Program-made: the position numbers and the translations under genes | Notes under the pieces: model-generated | Database searches by the model: none | What the model was told of the DNA's origin: nothing | The model's input: the letters and a program-made list of their open reading frames with translations, nothing else | In this document: positions 46,397 to 56,296 of the stretch, in pieces | Layout: every line of letters starts with the position of its first letter | Numbering within the stretch: the first letter of the stretch is position 1 | DNA from: Desulfobacterales bacterium | Lineage (GTDB): Bacteria > Desulfobacterota > Desulfobulbia > Desulfobulbales > JAGXFP01 | Reading direction: 5' to 3' | DNA: 64,000 nucleotides | NCBI GenBank assembly: GCA_024637225.1 | Contig: JAGXFP010000061.1 | Coordinates: 1,217 to 65,216, forward strand

Positions 46397-47684
46397 GCTT
46401 ATCGTACCTGCCCGAAACCGCCAGACCTTCGCGCTCGTCAACCCGGAGGAGCAGCAGGCCGCCGCCGATAAACATCAAAAGCACGGTCGACATCCCGAGC
46501 CGCTGGGAGCCGAAAACCTCGGTCAATATCCCCAGGATGAACGGTCCCAGAAAGGCGGTGAATTTACCGGAAAAGGCGAAGAAGCCGAAAAACTCGTTTT
46601 CCATGGCCGGCGGGGTCATCCGGGCCAGGAGCGAACGACTGGCCGACTGGTTTGGTCCGGAGAAGATCCCGATCAGGATCCCGGCGAGCCAGAGCCAGAT
46701 TTTTTCGGTCGCAGTCAGGGCGACCAGCGATGCGACAATCAGGCCGCCGATGCTGATCAGGATGGTGGTCTTCCCGCCGAGCCGGTCGTCGCAGTAGCCG
46801 AAGGCGAAGGCGCCCAGCCCGGCCGTGACGTTTAAAACGATGCCGAACAGCATGATCTCCTTGAACGAAAAGCCGAAGGTGCCGGCCGCGTAGATGCCGC
46901 CGAAGGCGAAGATCGTGATCAGGCCGTCATTGTAGATCAGCCGGGCGAGGAGGAAGCGGAAGATCTGCCGGTATCTGCCGATCTGTTTGAAGGTATCGCC
47001 GAGCCTGCGGAAGACGGCGGCGGGGCTGAAGGGGAGCGGCCGGGCGAGGCGCTTTTCCTTGACCAGCAGAAAAAGCGGCAGGCTGAACAGGGCGAACCAG
47101 CCGGCGACCAGCAGGTTGGTCGCCCTGATGTTTTCACCCAGTTCCCGGCTCAGCCCGAACCAGGGCGTTTCCGGGTTGACCATCGAGATCATCGCCAGAA
47201 ACATGGCGATCAGGCCGCCGATATAACCGACCCCCCAGCCGAGGCCGGAGGTCGAGCCGATCTTGTCCGGCGGGGCGATATCGGGCAGGAAGGCGTTATA
47301 AAAGACGCAGCCCAGTTCGAAGGCGATATTGGCGATGGTGAACCAGATCAGGGCCGGGAGCACCTGGCCCGGCAGGATGCGGTAGAGCATGGCGGTGCAG
47401 ATTACCGCGGTCAGGGTGAAAAAGAGCAGATATCTCTTGCGGTGGCCGCCCTGGTCGGCCATGGCCCCGAGAAAGGGCGAGGCCAGGGCCACGGTGAGGC
47501 CGCAGATCGTGATGGCCCGGGACCAGAGCACGGTGCCGGTGATTTCATCGGGGGCGATGGCCTGGGTGAAGTAGGTCGCGTAGATAAAGGTGACGACCAG
47601 GGTGGTGAAGGCGGAATTGGCAAAATCGTACATGGCCCAGCCGAACAGGGCTTTGCGGGCGTACTTGTTCTTCCGGCTTGACAT
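46386..47684 (-). CDS. MFS transporter (UMF1/Atg22-like)
   Basis: About 12 TM segments. N-terminus ...FGWAMYDFANSAFTT. The ATG at 47684 is preceded by GAGGAG. Confidence 0.8.
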   Translation of the reverse strand: MSSRKNKYARKALFGWAMYDFANSAFTTLVVTFIYATYFTQAIAPDEITGTVLWSRAITICGLTVALASPFLGAMADQGGHRKRYLLFFTLTAVICTAMLYRILPGQVLPALIWFTIANIAFELGCVFYNAFLPDIAPPDKIGSTSGLGWGVGYIGGLIAMFLAMISMVNPETPWFGLSRELGENIRATNLLVAGWFALFSLPLFLLVKEKRLARPLPFSPAAVFRRLGDTFKQIGRYRQIFRFLLARLIYNDGLITIFAFGGIYAAGTFGFSFKEIMLFGIVLNVTAGLGAFAFGYCDDRLGGKTTILISIGGLIVASLVALTATEKIWLWLAGILIGIFSGPNQSASRSLLARMTPPAMENEFFGFFAFSGKFTAFLGPFILGILTEVFGSQRLGMSTVLLMFIGGGLLLLRVDEREGLAVSGRYDKHES

Positions 47685-48005
47685 GGTGCGGCTCCTCATC
47701 CTCTCTTGATTGCTGTCACCAACTTAACACAATTGCCGAAGAAATGAACAGGCTAAGGATGATCCGTTTTCAGTCCGCGGCAAGGCCGGCATCTTTATCC
47801 CCGGAGCTCTTCTTACCCCGTTGGCCGTTTTTTTTCGGGGCAAGCCTTTTCCGGCATCGATCCCGCAACCTTCTTGACTTTTGCAGAGTGCATGTAATTA
47901 TGGCAAGATCAAATCTCATCTCTGGAAAAATCCTCCTGCGACAGGTCCCGGACCGGCTGGCAAGACGATCTTGTCCAAGATGCTCAACCCTACCGGAGAA
48001 TACCC

Positions 48006-48407
48006 ATGAAAGAGTTTTTTGCCGCCGCCCTTATCCTGCTTTCGCTCTTCACCTTCGCCGGCTGCTCCCAGGCCGAGGACTCCGCCGATGAAGCCGGGGA
48101 AGTCGTCCCCGGCATCCCGGTCAAAGACACCGTGACCATGGTCGATCTCGGCGCCAAAACCTGCGTCCCCTGCAAGTTGATGGCGCCGATTCTGGAGGAG
48201 CTGAAGGAAGAGTACCGGGGCCGGGCCGAGGTGATCTTCATCGATGTCTGGGACCGGGCCAACGAGGGCAAGGCCCGGGCCTTCAAGGTCATGGCGATCC
48301 CCACCCAGATTTTCTATGATCGACAGGGGAAAGAAACCTTTCGCCATACCGGCTTTTTCGACAAGAAATCAATCGCCGCCAAACTGGACGAGCTTTTGGA
48401 ACAGTGA
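48006..48407 (+). CDS. Thioredoxin-fold lipoprotein (TlpA/periplasmic thiol:disulfide oxidoreductase-like)
   Basis: Lipobox LFTFAGC. CVPC active site. Thioredoxin-fold ...MAIPTQIFYD. Confidence 0.8.
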   Translation: MKEFFAAALILLSLFTFAGCSQAEDSADEAGEVVPGIPVKDTVTMVDLGAKTCVPCKLMAPILEELKEEYRGRAEVIFIDVWDRANEGKARAFKVMAIPTQIFYDRQGKETFRHTGFFDKKSIAAKLDELLEQ

Positions 48408-49105
48408 GCATGGACGATATTCTTTTAACAATCACCGCATGGCTGACCTCCGGTCCAGCCATTGCCTTGCCGGCCGCCTTTCTCTGGGGCATGGTCAGCG
48501 TGCTCCTGTCCCCCTGTCACATCGCCTCGATTCCCCTGATGATCGCCTATGTAGCGGGGCAGAAAATCATCCCGCCGCCGCGCCAGGCGGCCCGTTACGC
48601 CGTCCTCTTCGCCGGCGGCATGTTCCTGACCATTATGGCGATCGGCCTGATCTGCGCCGCCGCCGGGCGGATGCTCGGCGACATCGGCCCGTGGTGGCAG
48701 GCGGCGGTGGGAATCCTCCTGCTCTGGGTAGCCTGGACCCTGTTCAGGCCGCCGCAATGCTCCGCCACCGGCAACGTCCTCAGCCGCTTGAAGATCCAGG
48801 GGGCCCCGGGCGCCTTGGTCCTCGGTCTCGCCTACGGGTTGCTCTCCGGGGTCTGCACCTTCGGCTTCATCACCCCGATCCTCGGGATCATCACCCTGCA
48901 GGAGGAGATTGCCATCGGGATCGCCATGCTGGTCCTCTTCGGGATCGGCCACTGCCTGCCCCTGGTGGTCTGCGGGATCTTTTCCGCCCGGACCATGGAG
49001 CTGCTCCACGGTCATGCCGGTCAAAGGGTGGTGGCCACGATGCGTAAACTGGCGGCGGTGGTGATTGCCGGACTGGGGATCTATTTTCTCCTTGCCGCGT
49101 GGTAA
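48404..49105 (+). CDS. ccdA: CcdA/DsbD-type transmembrane thiol:disulfide electron transporter
   Basis: 233 aa, six TM segments. Membrane-embedded Cys in LLSPCHIASIPL and SGVCTFGF. Start overlaps the thioredoxin stop (GTGA). Confidence 0.75.
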   Translation: MSMDDILLTITAWLTSGPAIALPAAFLWGMVSVLLSPCHIASIPLMIAYVAGQKIIPPPRQAARYAVLFAGGMFLTIMAIGLICAAAGRMLGDIGPWWQAAVGILLLWVAWTLFRPPQCSATGNVLSRLKIQGAPGALVLGLAYGLLSGVCTFGFITPILGIITLQEEIAIGIAMLVLFGIGHCLPLVVCGIFSARTMELLHGHAGQRVVATMRKLAAVVIAGLGIYFLLAAW

Positions 49106-49269
49106 TCACCCGACAAGACTTCACCCTGGCCGCCCCCCCACCCCTAATCCTTGTGATTCCATCCCATTCTGCGACAATTTGCCACATTTTCAACCTTGCC
49201 ACACCGTGGTACATATCCCCTAATTAAAATTTATTTTACCCTCTGCAACACCTCTAGAGAGCCTTTTCA

Positions 49270-51351
49270 GTGATTTTTCTTAAAAACAGGAAGGAGACAT
49301 TCTTGCGATATTATTTTTTGATGATGACGATGACGGTTGCCTTGATGCCACGTTGGTTGCATGGGGCGGAAGTGCAACAGGAACTTGATGAAGTGGTCGT
49401 AACGGCCTCAAGGGTCAGCGAAAAGATTAAAGACACCGCGGTCACCGTTAATGTGCTCTCCGAACCGGAATTGGAGAAGGTGAAGGCCAGGAATCCGGCC
49501 GATTTTCTGAGCCGCCTGCCGGGAATCAACTCCCAGAACCTCGGCGGCGAATCAGAGCTTACCGCCATCAGGGTTCCGACTCATTTCACTAATCCCTATA
49601 CCATCGTCCTGCTGGATGGAGTACCGGCAGCCAGTTACGGATCAGGCAGTTCCAGCCAGTTCAGCCAGCTGAATAGCGACAATATCGCCAGGATTGAGGT
49701 CATTAAGGGTCCAGCCTCCGCTCTCTATGGCAGTAATGCCATCGGTGGCATCATCAACGTCATCACCAAGAACCCCTCCGCCAAGCCGCAAGTCAAAATC
49801 TGGAGCGAATTGGGGGATTACAAGCAGTGGCGCAGCGGCCTCTCCGGCAGCGGCGGCAGTGGCCCTTTCGGGTTCAATCTCGATCTGAGCCGGATTGACA
49901 GCAAAGGCTGGCGCGACAATAATAGACTCGATAAAAAAGCCGCCACGATCAAATCCATCTATACCAACAACGATGCCTCGCTACTTTCATTCAAAATAGA
50001 TCTGCTCAGTTCCGAAAATGAAACGCCCGGCACCTTGAGCGCGGCCGATTTTTACCGGGACTGGCAACACAGCTATCAAACCTTTACCTATAAAAAATCC
50101 AATAAGTTTGCCCCGGCCCTCTCCTACAACCATTACTTTGCGGCCTCGGAGTTCAGTGCCACCCTGGCCCTGCGCGATATCGAAGAAGAAAGCATACCCA
50201 ATTACAGTGTACGCCAGTTGCCCTATGGGCCCACCCCGCGCCCCTATATCGGCAGCAAGACAACCTCCGACAGCCGGGATGTTGACCTGCAACTTTTATA
50301 CAGCCATAATTTCAGCCAGGGCCGCAGCAAGGTCAATTCCGGTCTCGATCTGGTTCGGGGCAGCAATGAAGCCGACAACTACGACCTGGCCGTGACCTAC
50401 GACCCGGTCCAGGACCTGTACACCTCCTACACCATCGGGGCCCTGGCCAAATCATACGATATCACCAGCAAAGTCATCGCGCCCTACCTGCAGCTGGAAA
50501 CTTCCCCCCTTGAAAAACTGCGGTTCAGCGCCGGGGGCCGTTATGACTCCGCGGAATATGAGGTTGATGACCTGTTGGGCGGCGGCACCGGTGGCGACAA
50601 GGAATTCTCCAAATCCAGCCCCAAGGTCGGCCTGACCTACGACATTTCAGCCTCACTGAACGGTTATCTCAGCTACGCGGAAGGCTTCATCGTCCCAACC
50701 ACCAGTCAGTTATGGACCTCCCGTTATGACAACAGTGATCTGGCTCCGGAGAAGGCCAAGAATTATGAGGTCGGCCTGCGGTCAAGTTTCATGCGGAACC
50801 GGTTGAAGGTCGATGGCTCAATCTATGCCATGGATATCACCGACAAAATCGTGGTCGATGCCACTGACACCATGTACATCAATGCCGGCGAGACATCCCA
50901 GGAAGGCGTTGAGCTCATGGCAACATATGCCCCCCTTGCTCTGGCCCGTCTGACCGTGGCCTACACCTATGCCCTTAACAAATATCAGGTTTATAGCACC
51001 GGCGGGATCGACTACAGCGGCAACTACCAGCCCCGTTCTCCCAAACACCATCTCAATGCCAGACTTACCCTGGTTCCCGCCCGGGACCTGGAGGTGGAAC
51101 TGGAGGTTGACGAGATCAGCGCCCAATATGCCGACGACGCCAATCTCCATGAATACAACCGCCCTACTCTGTTAAACCTGCGGGTCGGCTATGCCTGGCA
51201 AAGCTGGTCCGTCTGGGGCCACATCCTAAATCTGACCGATGAAACCTTTGCCGCCTATATAAGCGATGATGCCGCCGACATGAACCTTTATCCCGGCGCC
51301 CCGCGCACGATTTTTGCCGGCCTTTCCTATAGATTCGGAGGAAACAGGTAG
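49270..51351 (+). CDS. TonB-dependent outer-membrane receptor
   Basis: 693 aa. TonB box/plug DEVVVTASR. IEVIKGPASALYGSNAIGGIINVITK. C-terminal beta-barrel ending ...AGLSYRF GGNR. Confidence 0.9.
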   Translation: MIFLKNRKETFLRYYFLMMTMTVALMPRWLHGAEVQQELDEVVVTASRVSEKIKDTAVTVNVLSEPELEKVKARNPADFLSRLPGINSQNLGGESELTAIRVPTHFTNPYTIVLLDGVPAASYGSGSSSQFSQLNSDNIARIEVIKGPASALYGSNAIGGIINVITKNPSAKPQVKIWSELGDYKQWRSGLSGSGGSGPFGFNLDLSRIDSKGWRDNNRLDKKAATIKSIYTNNDASLLSFKIDLLSSENETPGTLSAADFYRDWQHSYQTFTYKKSNKFAPALSYNHYFAASEFSATLALRDIEEESIPNYSVRQLPYGPTPRPYIGSKTTSDSRDVDLQLLYSHNFSQGRSKVNSGLDLVRGSNEADNYDLAVTYDPVQDLYTSYTIGALAKSYDITSKVIAPYLQLETSPLEKLRFSAGGRYDSAEYEVDDLLGGGTGGDKEFSKSSPKVGLTYDISASLNGYLSYAEGFIVPTTSQLWTSRYDNSDLAPEKAKNYEVGLRSSFMRNRLKVDGSIYAMDITDKIVVDATDTMYINAGETSQEGVELMATYAPLALARLTVAYTYALNKYQVYSTGGIDYSGNYQPRSPKHHLNARLTLVPARDLEVELEVDEISAQYADDANLHEYNRPTLLNLRVGYAWQSWSVWGHILNLTDETFAAYISDDAADMNLYPGAPRTIFAGLSYRFGGNR

Positions 51352-51374
51352 TGTTTCCCCTTCCTGACTTGACT

Positions 51375-52424
51375 ATGAAAAGACCGAACTTAAACCGCAG
51401 CCGGACCCTGATCTTCGCCTTGTTCTTGCTTGTGGGGGTGACCCAGGCCAAGGCCCGAGATTTGCCGCCATTACGTCTTTCTCCGGCCCCGGCGGCCAAT
51501 GTTGAAGATTGCGAACAACACGGTCCGCAACCGACCCAAGCTGAGGCCCCCAAAGGCCGCGGCGGCGGCCCCGGCGGCCGACCGGGCCGGAAGGCAGCAC
51601 TGGAATCGGAACATCGCCCCCAACCGATGCGGACCTATGCCTTTAACGAGCATCGCCGCCGAGCCCGGATCGAGGCCTTTGTCAGACGCCCGGATGGCTC
51701 GGTGATTCAGCCGACCCTGCAGCTCGGAGTCAACCCTAACCTCTCTTTCCCTACCCCGATGGGGGAAGGGCCAAGCCATGGGGCCAACAATGTTTATCTA
51801 ATTGAACAGGGCGTCGAAGATCGGGTCCTGGTAGTGCGGATTGCCCAATGGCTGACCATGCACCATAACTGCGGCTGGGGCCATGAGCATAAGTTCGACG
51901 AGCAGCGCACCCGGCCCCAGGCCCTGGAAACCATTCCCCTGGAGATCGTCATCGACGAGCTCTGGGACCCGAATTTCCATGCCAAGGTAACTTCCGGCCA
52001 ACAACTGAAAATTATGGTTTTGCGCCATGGTAAACCATTGGCGGGTGCCAAGGTTCAACTCCAGACCGCCGAAAAATGGGTCAAGGAAGTAATCACCGGT
52101 AAGGATGGCATCGCCTCCCTGCAGTTGATCAAAGATTATTACCCGGCCAAATGGGCGGATTTCCTCCGGACCAAAAGGGCGGAATTCCTGGTAACCGCGT
52201 ACGCTGAGGTTGACGAACCAGGGACCTTCGCGGAACTCCCCTATCAAAGGGTGCGTTATATCTCCACCCTGCCTTGGCAGTATGCTCCGGCCCGGGCAGA
52301 CTATACCTCATACGGCCTGGGACTGCTGATCGGCCTCATGGGCTTTACCCTCACCGGCGGCGGCATCTATTTCTACCGGGAGCGGCGGAAGAAACCCTAC
52401 CAGGGGATTGACCTTGATGGGTGA
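51375..52424 (+). CDS. DUF4198-like periplasmic protein with a C-terminal membrane anchor
   Basis: Signal peptide after the ATG at 51375. Gly/Pro-rich linker. GQQLKIMVLRHGKPLAGAKVQL beta-sandwich pattern typical of DUF4198. C-terminal TM followed by RERRKK. Confidence 0.65.
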   Translation: MKRPNLNRSRTLIFALFLLVGVTQAKARDLPPLRLSPAPAANVEDCEQHGPQPTQAEAPKGRGGGPGGRPGRKAALESEHRPQPMRTYAFNEHRRRARIEAFVRRPDGSVIQPTLQLGVNPNLSFPTPMGEGPSHGANNVYLIEQGVEDRVLVVRIAQWLTMHHNCGWGHEHKFDEQRTRPQALETIPLEIVIDELWDPNFHAKVTSGQQLKIMVLRHGKPLAGAKVQLQTAEKWVKEVITGKDGIASLQLIKDYYPAKWADFLRTKRAEFLVTAYAEVDEPGTFAELPYQRVRYISTLPWQYAPARADYTSYGLGLLIGLMGFTLTGGGIYFYRERRKKPYQGIDLDG

Positions 52425-53415
52425 GATAATGGGCAATTTCCGGAGAGCAATCAATAACACCAGCCTGAGCCGCTTCCGCTTCTATTTTCAAGCCGCTTCT
52501 TTTCTCCTCCTGATCTATGGCGGTTATCTGGCCTTAAATCTCGGCGACCAGCTCCCGACCTTTGCCTGCATCTTCAGCGAACCGCGCGGCGGCTCCTGCT
52601 ATCTCTTCGGCTTGCAGCATCAGATGACCACCCCCTGGACGAGTTATTTATCCGGGCGCGGGATCGGCTTACTCGTCGGGTTTCTGACTTTTATCGCTTT
52701 TTTCATCGTCTTCAACAAGGCCTGGTGCGGCTTTGCCTGCCCCCTGGGGACCATTCAGGACTGGTTGACCGCGCTCCGCGCCAGGTTCAAGATCAGATAT
52801 GCCAACTATGCCGAGCCCACATTTCAAAGACTCAAAAAGATAAAATATATCCTGTTGGCCCTGCTGATTCTGATTCCCATGGCCATCGGCAACTCATTTT
52901 TCGGGCTGCCCAAACTGAATCATGATTTTGGCGTGCCCTTCTGCATGATCTGCCCGGGGCGCACCATCCTGCCGCTCTTCAGCGGCGACTTCTCGCAATT
53001 GGCCCTTGATCTGAGTTCTAAAAGCAAGATGATTCTCACCGCCCTTGGTCTCATGGTCACCGGAATCTTTCTGTCCGGCTCATTCATCAAGAAACGTTTT
53101 TTCTGCCTGTTCTGCCCGATGAGCGCCTTCCATTATATCTTTGCCAATGCCGCTCTTTTGCGATTAAGCAAGGACGCCGGCAAATGCTCCAGGTGCGGCA
53201 ACTGCTATCGAGCCTGTGATGTCGGGATCAGGGCGATTGCCGATGATCTCCAACACAAAAATATCGTCAAGGATGATTGCATGCTGTGTGGCAAATGCGT
53301 GGAGATGTGTCCGGAAGAGGGCTGCCTGCAGGTCAAGTTCCTAGGTCTGCCGATTTATCAATCCACCGCCGAGGGCTTCTTCAAGCGGATGCAGGGGCGT
53401 AACAATGCAAAGTGA
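52408..53415 (+). CDS. NapH/MauN-type membrane polyferredoxin (4Fe-4S binding)
   Basis: TM helices. WCGFACPLGTIQDW motif. C-terminal CSRCGNCYRAC and CMLCGKCVEMCP clusters. The start may instead be at 52417 or 52429. Confidence 0.8.
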   Translation: MTLMGEIMGNFRRAINNTSLSRFRFYFQAASFLLLIYGGYLALNLGDQLPTFACIFSEPRGGSCYLFGLQHQMTTPWTSYLSGRGIGLLVGFLTFIAFFIVFNKAWCGFACPLGTIQDWLTALRARFKIRYANYAEPTFQRLKKIKYILLALLILIPMAIGNSFFGLPKLNHDFGVPFCMICPGRTILPLFSGDFSQLALDLSSKSKMILTALGLMVTGIFLSGSFIKKRFFCLFCPMSAFHYIFANAALLRLSKDAGKCSRCGNCYRACDVGIRAIADDLQHKNIVKDDCMLCGKCVEMCPEEGCLQVKFLGLPIYQSTAEGFFKRMQGRNNAK

Positions 53416-54682
53416 TGCTGATAAAAGATTTGCCAGAATGCAAAAGGCCACCGCCCTTCACCTGGCCATGGAAGGTGAGGAAACCCTGCAACACCTGACG
53501 GAATTTTCGGACAATCCCAAGGCCATGGACTATTTTTACGACCTGTTCCGGAATCTTTACAAAAACGGCCACAAGCTCCCGACGGACAAAAAAGTAATCG
53601 GCACCATGTGCCTGCAGGTGCCGGATGAACTGATCTATGCCGCAGGCGCGGTGCCCATGCGAATGTGCAGCGGCGCCTATGCCTATGAGCAGGTAGGGGC
53701 CGAGTTCATGCCGGCCAAATCCTGCCCGGTGGTCAAGGCCACTACCGGCATGCTCCATGTCAATCAGGCCCTGTGGGGCGAGGCCGTGGCCTCGGTGGTG
53801 CTCCCCACCACCTGTGATCAAAAAAAGAAGTGCGGCGAAATGCTGAAAGAGATGGGCTACCCGGTCTACATTCTGGAGATGCCCTCCAGCAAGGACAGCG
53901 AGGGGGCCAGGTTCTACTGGCAGGAATCGATCAAGAAATTCACCCTCGATCTGCAGAAGATCACCGGTAACAAAATTACTTCCGGCAAACTCCAGACCGT
54001 AATTGCCGACATGGCCGAATGTTCGCGCCTGTTCCGTAAGCTTAACGACCTGCGTAAATCAAAAACCCCGCTGATCTTCGGCAAGGATATTTTCCTGGTG
54101 ACCAGCGCCTATTTTATTGACGAGATGGCGAGCTGGCGGCAGGCCGTTCGCCAACTCATTGAAGAACTGGAAGTATGGCGGCAGAATGATATCGCCATCA
54201 CCAACCGGCAGGCCCCCCGCATGCTGTTGACCGGTTCCCCGCCCATCTTTCCCAACCTCAAAGTGCCGATTCTGGTCGAACAGGCCGGCGGGATCATTGT
54301 GGCCGACGAGGTCTGCTCCTCAAACCGGTTGCTGCACGATGCCGTGGCCTATGACGAAGCCAATCTTAATGACATGGCGGCGGCCCTGGCCGACCGCTAT
54401 CTCAAGCCTTGCACCTGCCCCTGCCTCACTCCCAATACCGATCGCAATCGGAAACTTGCGGAACTGGTCAAAAGTCATGCGGTAGAAGGCGTGATCTATC
54501 AGGCATTTTCCGGCTGTTTGCCGTACGAGATGGAGCAAAAGCAGATCAGCAATACCTTGAGTAAGGCCGGGGTGCCCATGCTCTATCTGGAAACGGATTA
54601 CAGCAGCGAAGACCTGGGCCAGTTATCAACCAGGGTTGAAGCCTTTATCGAATCGATCAAGGCCAGAAGGAGGAAGAAATAA
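53405..54682 (+). CDS. HGD-D family protein (2-hydroxyacyl-CoA dehydratase / double-cubane cluster protein-like), single subunit
   Basis: 425 aa with many conserved-looking Cys contexts (GTMCLQVPDE, AKSCPVV, PTTCDQKKKCGE, EVCSSN, KPCTCPC, FSGCLPY). Overall BcrC/BadD/HgdB-like layout. Confidence 0.75.
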   Translation: MQSDADKRFARMQKATALHLAMEGEETLQHLTEFSDNPKAMDYFYDLFRNLYKNGHKLPTDKKVIGTMCLQVPDELIYAAGAVPMRMCSGAYAYEQVGAEFMPAKSCPVVKATTGMLHVNQALWGEAVASVVLPTTCDQKKKCGEMLKEMGYPVYILEMPSSKDSEGARFYWQESIKKFTLDLQKITGNKITSGKLQTVIADMAECSRLFRKLNDLRKSKTPLIFGKDIFLVTSAYFIDEMASWRQAVRQLIEELEVWRQNDIAITNRQAPRMLLTGSPPIFPNLKVPILVEQAGGIIVADEVCSSNRLLHDAVAYDEANLNDMAAALADRYLKPCTCPCLTPNTDRNRKLAELVKSHAVEGVIYQAFSGCLPYEMEQKQISNTLSKAGVPMLYLETDYSSEDLGQLSTRVEAFIESIKARRRKK

Positions 54683-55497
54683 TGCACTATTTTGCCGGAA
54701 TTGATATTGGCTCCACCACCATCAAGATCGTCTTGACCGATGCCGGCGACCGAATCGTCGCCCAGGACTGCCAGCCCACCGGCTGTCATTTTCACAAAAA
54801 CACCCTGACTGCCTTTGAAAGTCTCCTGGCCCGGGCGGAACTCACCCGTCATGACGTGGCATACATATTTTCAACCGGTTATGGACGCAAGCTCTTCAAG
54901 GAGGCGGATGAATCAATCAGCGAAATCTCCGCCAATGCTATGGGCGCCAATAAGGCCGCCGAAAAATATGGCACGATCAAGACCATTATTAACATCGGCG
55001 GCCAAGACCTTAAGGTCATTGGTCTGGACGAAGACGGCCACGTTAAAAACTTTACCATGAACGATAAATGCGCCGCCGGCACCGGCCGTTTCCTGGAAAT
55101 GACCGCCCGCAACCTGGAAATGGATGTGGCGCAACTGGGCGCTTGTCATAAGCAGGCCCGGGGGGTGCCGTTGACCATCAACAGTACCTGCACGGTCTTT
55201 GCCGAATCGGAGATCATCGGTCTGCTGGCCAACGGCAACGGCAAGGAGGAACTGGTGGCGGGCGTTCATTACTCCATCGCCCGGCGAATCAGTCGTCTGG
55301 CCAAAAGAGTCGGCATTGAAGGCACGGTCTTTTTTGATGGCGGTCCGGCCCTAAACGAAGGGCTGGTTGAAGCCCTGGAGATCGAGCTGATGCGCAAGGT
55401 GGTGGTGCCAGAATTCCCGCAGACGACCACGGCCCTGGGTGCCGCGTTGATCGCCAGAGAAACCTTTTGTTATCTGGGAGAAGCCGTCAATGACTGA
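54682..55497 (+). CDS. BcrAD/BadFG/HgdC-type ATP-dependent activase (electron-injecting ATPase)
   Basis: AGIDIGSTTIKIV ASKHA phosphate-1 motif. Cluster Cys contexts NDKCAAGTGRFLE and NSTCTVFAESE. ATAATG overlap with the previous gene. Confidence 0.88.
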   Translation: MHYFAGIDIGSTTIKIVLTDAGDRIVAQDCQPTGCHFHKNTLTAFESLLARAELTRHDVAYIFSTGYGRKLFKEADESISEISANAMGANKAAEKYGTIKTIINIGGQDLKVIGLDEDGHVKNFTMNDKCAAGTGRFLEMTARNLEMDVAQLGACHKQARGVPLTINSTCTVFAESEIIGLLANGNGKEELVAGVHYSIARRISRLAKRVGIEGTVFFDGGPALNEGLVEALEIELMRKVVVPEFPQTTTALGAALIARETFCYLGEAVND

Positions 55498-55672
55498 CGG
55501 CGTCGTAAAAAAATCACGATCTCCCGCGTCGCAAGGACTTTTTGCTCACTCGCCATGCCGGATGTATGGCCTCGCTCGCAAAAACACCCTGCCCATTGCA
55601 TATCAAACTTTTTATTTAGCCATCCCAAAGCTTTTTTATCTACGTCCAAACTTGTTATCCGCGAGGAAATAA

Positions 55673-56296
55673 ATGGTTGAATTTGATGCGGCCGGTCTCT
55701 TTACCCTGGGTCTGGTCTATGGCACCACGGTCTGCAGTCTGACCTGCCTTTCGTATCTTGGCCCCTATCTGTTGGGGACCGGCGATGGTTTTCGGGACGG
55801 GGTGCTAAGCATTCTCGCCTTCGGCCTCGGCAAGATCTGCTGCTACGTATTCCTCGGGGGGTTGGCGGGCTACCTCGGCCAGAAACTGAGCTATAGCCCG
55901 GCCCATTCCTGGGCGATGGGCCTGATTTTAATCGGGGTGGCCCTCTCCATGCCTTTGGCAACCAAGCGTGGTTGCCGAAAAAAGTGTCGGCCGGGGGGTA
56001 AACGGGCCTCACTCCTGACCCTGGGCGCGGCCACCAGCCTGATACCCTGTCCGCCGGTACTCGCCATACTGGCTCTGGCGGCCGGCCAAGGCTCAATGGT
56101 TACCGGCATGGGCTTCGGCCTCGTTTACGGGCTGGGCATTATCATCTCCCCCCTGCTGGTGATCGGGGGGAGCCTGGCCCTGGTTTCCCAGAAACTCCGC
56201 CAGGAAGCAAAAAGTTTCATGCCCTACATCCAGAGTCTGGCCATGACGATCATGATTCTGATGGTCGTCAATATTTTCCATGGGGGCATCCGCTAA
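55673..56296 (+). CDS. DsbD_2/CcdA-like membrane protein with paired Cys motifs
   Basis: 207 aa, about six TM segments. VCSLTCLSYLGP and LIPCPP motifs, plus a cytoplasmic CRKKC loop. Confidence 0.65.
   Translation: MVEFDAAGLFTLGLVYGTTVCSLTCLSYLGPYLLGTGDGFRDGVLSILAFGLGKICCYVFLGGLAGYLGQKLSYSPAHSWAMGLILIGVALSMPLATKRGCRKKCRPGGKRASLLTLGAATSLIPCPPVLAILALAAGQGSMVTGMGFGLVYGLGIIISPLLVIGGSLALVSQKLRQEAKSFMPYIQSLAMTIMILMVVNIFHGGIR

Noticed and set aside
47880-48005. Riboswitch or leader RNA upstream of the thioredoxin/CcdA/TonB operon, and a cobalamin or other riboswitch at 49106-49269 upstream of the receptor
   Set aside because: I could not recognise any known riboswitch core, such as a B12 box or glycine, SAM or TPP motifs. 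Only a promoter-like TTGACT and a ttgccaca direct repeat are present. This was left unreported as a feature.
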